Assembly (NCBI RefSeq): GCF_009914755.1 | Contig: NC_060930.1 | DNA length: 64,000 bases | Reading direction: 5' to 3' (one strand) | DNA from: the human T2T-CHM13v2.0 reference genome, Homo sapiens | Part shown: piece by piece, positions 54,211 through 64,000 of the stretch | Layout: each line of letters opens with the position of its first letter | Position numbering within the stretch: position 1 is the first letter of the stretch | Notes under the pieces: model-generated | The model's database searches: none | Told to the model about the DNA's origin: nothing | What the model saw: only the letters and a program-made list of their open reading frames with translations | Program-made: the position numbers and the translations under genes

Positions 54211-55532
54211 TTTTACATCTGGTTCTTTAAAAAGTCTACATTTCTTTAAGCACAAATATGAAATGAAATAGTTTTATTTTATCCCCTTACTTCTTTCAGA
54301 TCTCATTTTCCCATCCCTTAGTGACATCTGAACAGATCCATACCGAGTGCACATGTTTAATCATTTAGTCCAGTTCACGTGGGGCCCATTTAAAACTTCA
54401 GTCTCATGTTCACATTCGAATGCTCCTCTCTTCCAACTTTGGCTAAAGAACTTCCAAAAATGACAAAGTGCTATCTGTGCTTCCCTACCTTCTCCCCATT
54501 CCACTAGCCATTTCTCCTTTCGTATGTTGAGAACTTGGAGAAGAGATGAAGGGAGAAGGGGTCAGATGCTTTTTCTCTTAGTGGTGATGACGATGCCATC
54601 CTCTCTTGACCATCATTGTTTTTCTGGTGAATTCTAATGTGCTTCAAGTGTCCCCTTTGGGACAGCTCCCCAAATGCCGCCATCTTCCATGGAGCATGTG
54701 TGGGTTCTTTCCGTAGCACATAGTGGGGCTCCTTGCTGCCTCGTTGCTCCACTGCCCTTGCTCCCATCTCTCATGTCCTGCTTGTGCCTTCTTACTGCTG
54801 GCTCTTCCTTGCCCAGCAGCCACCATCCTGCATAAGGTGCTGGCAAGATGAGTCACACCCCAGGAACTTCCACAGTGTCTACCAGACCCATGGGACACTT
54901 ACTCATCCTTGCCCAAGCAAAGGTAGGAAATCAGGCTGTTTCTGGGCTGCCTCTCTAAATTGACATCTCTTTTTCAGTTCTTTGTTTTCTTCACTTAAAT
55001 AGACACAAGTGTATTGTGACTACTTAAGTATATGTAAACTGTATAAACAAATCTACCAGAAAAAGAGAAGCCAATGAAAATCCATCTTCCAATCTCTATA
55101 AGAGATTTTCTTGGAGCCCACTTCACCTGAGTTTATGGGAGTAGGGATGGTGTCAGTGGGGGTGATGGTGCATCACAAAACTACAGACCGATGCTGTAAC
55201 CATAACTTCTACTATTCTCCTTGAGTCCCTTCCTTCCTCATAGTCATCTTATTATGTAGACTGGAGGGAGTTGATGGGATGATAGCTGTAGGTTTTAGCT
55301 GGTTTGGATGTTTAATAAATCCCAAGGATGTATCTGGTCCCCAAATGCTTTCTGGGGTGTTTAGCATGTGAAGTAATTTTTACTTTATATTCCCAACTCT
55401 GGCTTTTGCTTTGATCTAGTGTGGCAAAAAGCAACTTATTCAGAATTCTGTATGGTTTGGACCTGTAATGATGTCAAAGGACATGGAAACACTGGGCTAG
55501 GCCAGAAGAATACCTGATAAAACACATGTTAC

Positions 55533-55856
<324 letters not shown>

Positions 55857-56205
55857 TTATATGGTGATCGATTGAATATCGAGGATGAGGAAGAAGAAGG
55901 AAACAGGATGACTGTTAAGTGTCTGTTTTATACTCTACGTACCTAGTGGATGCTGGTATAAGGGAAAACACTGAAAGAGGCCCAAGGTTCCCCATAATTG
56001 CTTCCTGCCCCATGGGAAGAGGGAGCCACAGGATGGCATGATGTGTGTTCAGCTTGGATATTTTGAGAAGACATTGAATAGACAAGGCTGGAGCTCAGAG
56101 GAATTATTTGGGCTGAAGGTGCACATCTGTGAGCTATTTTTTATTGGCGATAACTGAAGCTATGAGTATGGATGGCATTGCCAGAGAGAGAGTTTATAGT
56201 GAGAT

Positions 56206-56335
56206 GTGTGCAGTGTATACACACACACGAATGTGAATGTGTGTGTGTGTGTACACTGTGAATATAGACACTGTGTGTGCAGTGTCTGTGTGTGTGTACA
56301 GTGTGAATATAGACACCTACAGAAACACACACAAA
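56206..56335. repeat. Imperfect (TG)n/(CA)n low-complexity repeat
   Basis: Includes duplicated gtgtaca(c/g)tgtgaatatagacac. Confidence 0.8.
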
Positions 56336-57740
56336 AATTAGATAAATTTTTAAAGGTTTGTAGACTTACTGTCATTATGAGTAGTTACATACTCTAACTC
56401 TCTATTTCTATATGTCTATGAAATGTGATATGGTTTATCCTATAATCCCAAGAAACTAATTGGTGAGCCCACATATTGCTTCTAGATCCAAAAGGTGTAT
56501 AACTTCCTTTGATAACAAACACAACTCAATTATTTTTGAATACAGCATTCAGACAGGAATAGGGGAGCAGGGAATAGAGACTAGTCCCTTACAAAATATG
56601 GCTGGGTTATAAATCTAACTTTTCTGGGATTCTAAACTCCATATTTTGTGGGGAGGCATTTGCACCTACCTTAGGACAGAGGTCCCGGTGGGAACAGCAT
56701 TGTGCCAGTCTCCGGGTGTGGTTGCATCCAGGCACAATGATGCCTCCAGGAGGGAGGAGCCCCATGGCAGAGAGGGGCAAGCAGAGACTGCAGCTGCAGC
56801 AGATAGGATTTTGAACAAGACTGGGGACTCTGCTGGAGAACTTGGAGGGGAAGATTCAGGGATTTTGATAGAAGTGGTTCAGAACTGAGAATGGTTTTGT
56901 TTTGTTTTGCCGTTATTAGTAAACATTTTCCTCCTAAAATAATGATTTTAAAAATTAGCATGGGATCTCTAAGATCACCTATTAAAGCTGCAAGAAGAGA
57001 TGTAATAATAAATAATAATGGCAGCAATGCACACAATTAACATTGTTCACATCTTCCCTCATACTAAGTGAAAGCTTCCCTTTTGGTGCTTGGAGAATGG
57101 AAGCTGAACCTGCCTCCCAGATGCCTCCCAGATGGCTGTGATTGTCACATGGCTCTGCCCTGGTGAAATCTCCTGTGACAGCAGGTTAGAGACTGCTGTG
57201 CAGCTCCACCTGTGATCTATTCAGAGGCTGGAAGCTGTTCACACACTAAAATGTAAATCCAAAATGCTCCAAGCACAGTCAGGTAATGGGAACTTTACTT
57301 TGAAAACCTGGCCTGTCCAGAGAATGTGTCCTGATGCATTATTAATAATCCTCTCTTACTTTGGGAAAGAAAGATTTATGCTAATTTAATTGGTATTGTG
57401 CTATAATCATTTGAGGCTGTAAGAAAGGAGTACATTTTACTTAAGAGCACAATTGCATTTTAATTGGCATGTTTGGGGTGATTTTAGGACTTTTAGGACA
57501 TGGCTAACTTTGCAATAAAAAATAGCTATTTACTCTAGTGATTTTCACACTGTTTTTCGTGAAGAGAAGCTTTTGAAAGAGGTCAATTAAATATTTTGCC
57601 TAAAATATCCCAACTAATGGAAGAGATTTATTGTTAAGCCTTTGGGCTTCTTTTTCTTCTTCTTCTTCTTTTTTTGTCTTTTACATTGTTAATAAAATAA
57701 TTTGATTTTGGCATGCAATAGTCTCATTAAGAGCAGTTTA

Positions 57741-58057
<317 letters not shown>

Positions 58058-59329
58058 TTAAAATTAGTTTTATTATATGGCTTCATTTTCCTGGCTCCTA
58101 ATTTATTCAGTCATGAGAAAATCTCTGCTGTTACAAAGATCCTTAAATGTCCAACGGGGAGATGTGGGGAAGACAGTGCCAGAGTCTCAATGGAGTAGCT
58201 TCTCCTATGTGACAGTTTTCCAGGTAGCTTTTGTTGTTTAGGTGGCCAAAAAAACTGTGAATTGCCCACGATCCTCCATTATGGTTCAGGTTATGTTTCC
58301 TAGAATAGAAATGGGATCCCTCTGGCTTTATGCGTATGCAGACGCCAGGGGTGAAGAAAATAGGCTACCTTTGCAGAAATATAAATAACTTAGTATAGAG
58401 GGGTGTACACATAGGGAGAGAAAGAGAAAAGATTATTTTATGTAAAGCAGCATTTTCCATGCTGCGTGCTGTGAACTATGGCATCCCTCCACAAGCGTGA
58501 AGATGTCTCCCAGGAAGCAGAGGTAGACAGACACTCAACAGAGAGCAACAGCCCGGCGCATCAACACTAACGAAGCAGTTCTTTTTTTTAACCTCCATGT
58601 TCATGTTTGAGAGCTATGACAGCATAATTTAAAAATGCTGCTTGCATGAATTTGAAAATCTGTGCATATGAGACGAGTAGAAGGTTTGAGGATTTGGGTG
58701 AATAATCTTCTGGTGATTTTTTAAAAAGAATAAAAGGAATATTTTATTAAAGCATAATCTAAAATATTAATTATCGATATTTGAGACATTCTCTAAGGCA
58801 AACAGGTGCTGCATGTCACTCATACTGATTGGTCATGAATGAGTTGTAGGTGTCCAGAGATACTGATTCCTTCTCTTCTCAGGAAAGGCCAGGCGGGGCC
58901 TGGGGCAGCTCCAGCTGCCAATACTCTGGTTGGTTTCATTCTTGTGCTGTATGAATATTGTCCTTTTCTCTGAATGTCATGATGGGAAATGGATGGGAAG
59001 CACTGTGCTAAGGTCCTTTTCTTGATTTTATCACCAGTGTATTTCTGTACTGTCTGTGGAATTTTGATCTGCAGATGTCAATGTGTCTTCTACTAAAGAG
59101 AGATTGTACCCTCTCACACTGTAAGAATTCAGCCAGCATTTTTTGAAACATAAACACCTTTCATAAAACCGTTATGAAATATTTGATAATCAGTTATTTC
59201 TGTTTCATGAAGCCTTAGGGGAAAATAACATTATTATGTAATTACCGAGCAGACACTACATGCCAGGCACCCTGATAATCTGTGAGACTGGTCTATTATT
59301 TGCCGTTAGAAGACATACAAGTGAGTGTA

Positions 59330-59590
59330 ATGAGCAGGTTAAAATTCTAGCACCACCATTCACCAGCTTCAGCAAGTTACTTAACATCTCTGTCCCTCAG
59401 TTTCCTAATCTATGTAATGGGGCTAATCATAGGATGTGCCTCATTAGTCAGTTGATCAAAATGAACAACCCTATTAGTTACCTGATAAAAGTAAGTCATC
59501 TTTGTGTAATGTTGTGAGGATTATTATGTATGTGGGGTTTAGAAAAGTGCCAGTCACGTGGTAAGTGCTATAAAAATATTAGCTATTATA
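59330..59590 (+). mobile_element. MIR
   Basis: caagttacttaacatctctgtccctcagtttcctaatctatgtaatggg core. Confidence 0.7.
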
Positions 59591-61347
59591 TTTATTTTCA
59601 GAGATCCCCAAGGTAGGTGGCGGGCATGGTCATCAAGGTGTTCCTGCCTGGGTAAGAATTCAAAGATTCAGCGGGTATGTCTGAACTGCTTCCCTGCATC
59701 TGAGATGCCTGTGCTGCAGGCTCCAGAGATGTTGTCTTAAGCAGAATGTTCCTGTGTGTTATTTCACTTCCCCTGATTTCTGAGCCTTTTATGAGCCTAT
59801 AGTGGGGCTACTCTTCAGGCTTTGAGCAATCCAGTAGCCTTCCAATACATTGCTTTCTGTTTGATTTAGTCTGAGTTGGTCTCTGTTGTTTGTAAACAAA
59901 AACTCAGATTAGTACATCCCTATTTGATATTTAAGAAAAAGAGGCTCAGAAGGATTACAAGTCTTACGCAAGTTCTTGAAACTAGTAAAGAATTAAGAGA
60001 GAATTCAGCATGCATTATCCCTACTGCAATACCGTGAGCTCCTTTTACTAGAATAAATCCTTGCAAATGCTTCCTTTAAAATAATGACTGAGTTTTGTTA
60101 AGTTTTCTGTGAAAAGATTAATCAATATTTTTATTTAGTGAATGATTAAATAGGGTTCTCTGATATTTGAAAGAGGGTTGTGTTTTGTTTTGTTTGTTTT
60201 GAGCAATGTGAGGCAACTACCACTGGAATACTAAGATATTTACTGAAACTTCATTATGTGGCACTTTTGTTGGTAAATGCTCTGCCCAATATTATTATGA
60301 TCTTGATGTCTCTGTCTCTCGTTCTGGAGTACCCTCTGTTGTACAAAGGTCAGTGTAAAATAAGTAAATTTTCAGATATGATACAATGTGTGCAATAAAG
60401 ATTAAGTGATGAAGTGTGAATTACAGAATTTTACCGTATTAATTTAGTTAGTTGGTAAAAGTGAACTCTAACTTAAATAGTTAACGTAGTTACTAGAGAA
60501 ATTTTAGGATATAGTATGAATGGAAGGGAGCCCTAGAAAGACCCTTCAGAGAATGATGAATGCTATGAATTTAAATTAACTAGGTTTCTGGCTGGGTGAC
60601 ATTTCCTTAATCTGAACTATCCTGTATATAACTATTAAGTTATGACATCAATTCGTGAGCCTCGGGGGTGTCGCTGCAATGTCTTCAGAATTGTATGGTG
60701 TCTTGTAGAAATGATTTGGTCTATGGCAGTCTCACACTGTGGTGTTTAGGTTTTGATGATGATGATGGGGTCACCAAGGTAGTTTAGGGCAAAAAATGCC
60801 AAAACCAAACCATAAATCAGGGGATAAGCAGGAATTGGAATTGGGTTATTAAACCAGAGACAGATCTTGCGACAAGTCCAGGTTGAATGTCGTTAAAATA
60901 AAGAAGGCCACAATCTATGTCAAGAAAGGATGACAAACGTGGAGGATCAGAGACAGGAAGAATTGGGGAGATGAGTAGTGGACAGAGCCGAGAGAAGAGG
61001 CAGTGAGCCTTGTGTCTGGACTGTCTAATGAGTGTTGCCCAAGATGGCGATTCTCCACCTTGGGCCACACACAACGACTCTGTGATGAAACATGTGGGAT
61101 TTTGGCTGGGAGTTTCTGGGTAAATGGATCTGACCTTTTCATATCCTTAAGGACTGTGTAGTCAACCCAATGCTTGTACCAATTGGGAAACTAATTCAAT
61201 AAGTTATGGCTCATGACATCTAAACATTGGAAATCCAGCCACTAGTCAGAGAAAATCGTTCTCTCTTCCACTAATCTCCTTTAACATTTTAATATTAATA
61301 TTTTCAATCAATTTGTGTACAAGATACAAATGAAATAAAACAGAAAG

Positions 61348-61654
61348 ATTTTTCTCTTCTTTCTTTATTTTTTTGAGACAGAGTCTCACTCTGTTGTCCA
61401 GGCTGGAGTGCAGTGGTGCCATCTCGGCTGACTGCAATTTCCGTCTCCTGGGTTTGAGCAATTCTCCTGGCTTAGCCTCCTGAGTAGCTGGGATTACAGG
61501 CACATGCCACCACGCCTGGCTAATTTTTGTATTTTTAGTAGAAATGGGGTTTCACCATAGTGGCCAGGTTGGTCTTGAACTCCTGACCTCAAGTGATCCA
61601 CCCACCTCGGCCTCCCAAAGTGCTAGGATTACAGGCGTGAGCCACTGTGCCCAG
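61348..61654 (-). mobile_element. AluSx-like
   Basis: Antisense Alu; TSD cagaaaga. Confidence 0.95.
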
Positions 61655-64000
61655 CCAGAAAGACTTATTAGAATAGAAAAACAATAGTCCCCTGTATAAC
61701 TTCGACATTTCCAGTTCCATTTTCCAGAGAAAACTAATATGAAGAATTCATATATTTTTTGTTTTGGTAATTCACTCTCTTGTATCATTTGATTTGCTGA
61801 TTTACCTATTTGCTTAGATTCAAAAGAATAGGATTTAGCTTACCGTATGCTCTCCCCTCCTCTTATTATACTTTTTGATAAGGCTCTTCTTTAGTTACAC
61901 TAAGTAATAGGCTCTATTTCTTATTCCATCAAATTTAAGCAATATCACTTGAGACCCTTGACCCCCTTGAAGGATGATGCTACCAGTGACTCTACCATTG
62001 TCTTTGCTTCTGCTTCTCACAGCTCTCCCACCTTATATCAACTCTGCCTTTACTTTTACATTCTCAGGGTTACATTTGTACTAAACTTGCAACCACAAGA
62101 AATATTTCATCTGTGCTCATAGGCCGATTCCAAAAAAAAAAACAAAACTATACTATTTCGTCTGTTCCATGTGTTCTCTTGGAGGTTTTTCTTTCTTTTA
62201 TTTTTTAGGGCTATTGTTTTTCTCCATGTGCCTGGTAATCTTTAGTTGTTTGTTCATGTCTAAGATTCAGGACTTGGTTGAATTTGAAGGAAGCTAGTCT
62301 GGGTTGCTCTCCCAATGTTGTGTGTGTAGGGTGTTTTCCCACTAGGTCTTAGTGAATAGAAAACATGACTGTGATCTCTGTGTCTGGGAAAGGGCTTATC
62401 AATGGCAGGCTTCACTTGAGGATGAGCAGGAAAGGAGCTGGTTTTTAGACTGGGACCTCCAACCTGCCAGAATGGGTAAGGTTTTCCTGGAGCTCCAGAA
62501 ATCTTCCCATCAGCCCTTCATTTCCATAGTTATTTGGTAGATTTATCTGGAGTTCTCAGGTGTTTGCCAGGGTAAAACCTGGACTGCCTTGGGAGTGTGA
62601 AATGAAGGTGATTTCAAGCTTAAGGCACTAGTTCTGAAGGTTCTATGTCATGCCCCCTTTGTTCTCGTGTCATCCTTTTTGCTTGTTAACCTGTGTCTGG
62701 AGCCTCTCTGGACTCTGTCCTTTAAGACAAAGATAAAATCTCTCCTTTGCTGTCATATTCCTGTGCATATTTTTCAATGCTGTTTTAAATCTGTCAACAA
62801 GTTTTCACTCTGTTTCTGTCTTTCATAAATGTGTTAAAAACCTCTTGTCTTAGGATGGACCATTCTCTCTGATGTAGTAAGCTTGTTTATGTGTGATTAT
62901 TTTATCGGGGTCATTGGAAGTAATGGAGAAAAGCATCTATTCTAAGTCTGTACTCTTGATGAGACTTGCTCAGACTTGATCAGACTCGATCTGAAAACTA
63001 ACAATGACTTTTTGACACCTCTTTGGAAAGATTTTACAAACTCTCCTGAAATTAAAAGTAAAAGAAATTAGTTGCTATATTTATAATGCTTTGAAATATG
63101 CATGAAGCTACTTACATTTTTAATATTATTCATCAAGGACATAGAGCTACATCCTAATCTGATATAATTGAGGCATCAGTTTTCTCTGTCAAGTGAACCC
63201 CTGAAAGTTTCCTGGAAGATGAGAGTAAGATAGACATCTAAATCTTATAGCAAATTATGATATCTTCCATGATGACTGAGGTTGTTTTTGTTTGCCTAAT
63301 ACCTGTTATCTAGAGTGACAAAGAATAATTGAAAAAAATCTCAGGGCAACTTTTACTGGAAGTCTTTAAAACCCAGCTTCTTTCGTTTCATGTTTCTTTG
63401 CTGGTTGACTTTGAAATTTCAGTATGCTCAGAGAAGAGTCAGATGACCATGAATTGAGAATAGAGCTGAGGCATTTCAGTTTACATGGTGAGGATGAGAG
63501 AACCAGGCTTCATCAACAAAAGGATTAAAATAAGCATGAGATCAAAGATTTCTAACAAATGGAAATTAGGGAAGGACTCTTAGCTGCAATACAAAATGGA
63601 AGCTTAGGAATGTAGCATTATTGAACAATCTAGCTGCAGATTTCATGTTTCCAGGCGTGGGGTACGTTTGGGTCAAGAACTAAAAATCATTTGTTAAGAG
63701 TTAGTTTGTTCATTTTTGTATTTAATCATCTTTTATTCATTCTACAAATATTTATTGAGCAACAATTAAGGTCTTATTATGAGAATTCTGGGGATCCAGT
63801 GGGGAAAATGTAGACTTGGTTTCTGTTCATTGAAAGATTAAGATCTGATGTGGGGTGCAACAATTAAAGAGACAATAGTCTTTGCTAAAATCTAGCTAGA
63901 GCCAAAGCACATCAGGATAAGTCAACAATTTCTGCCATGACAGATGTGTTCTTATATGCTGAGTATAGTTAAGTAATTTGTTAGTTTTTTTTTCAAAAAT

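Noticed and set aside
54484-55500. GC-richer stretch with several short ORFs
   Set aside because: No recognisable protein or splice structure; probably an old repeat I cannot name.

Overview
Human/primate genomic DNA, about half interspersed repeats, with no intact protein-coding exon. A ~2 kb CpG island (~14.0-16.05 kb) holds the non-coding first exon of a minus-strand gene. I recognise it from memory as RGS17 (6q25), unverified. On that reading, 1-15.27 kb is intron 1 and the rest is upstream intergenic DNA. The upstream region contains a solo LTR12C, a deleted HERV-S (LTR18/HERVL18) provirus with a tRNA-Ser primer-binding site, an ERVL relic, a tailless 5S rRNA pseudogene and many Alu/L1/L2/MaLR copies. 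The most unusual structure is a rearranged block at 28.3-34.2 kb. One L1PB is split at the start of ORF2 by a ~3 kb inversion with cross-templated junction inserts, followed by a ~286-bp fold-back inverted duplication and abutting truncated elements. Other leads are a nested-palindrome array (7.03-7.22 kb), a candidate 30-nt ATG-bearing microexon (12.02 kb) and an exon-1 uORF. I see no evidence of a novel multi-gene system; the findings are structural or regulatory leads. Repeat subfamily calls were made by eye and need RepeatMasker/Dfam confirmation.
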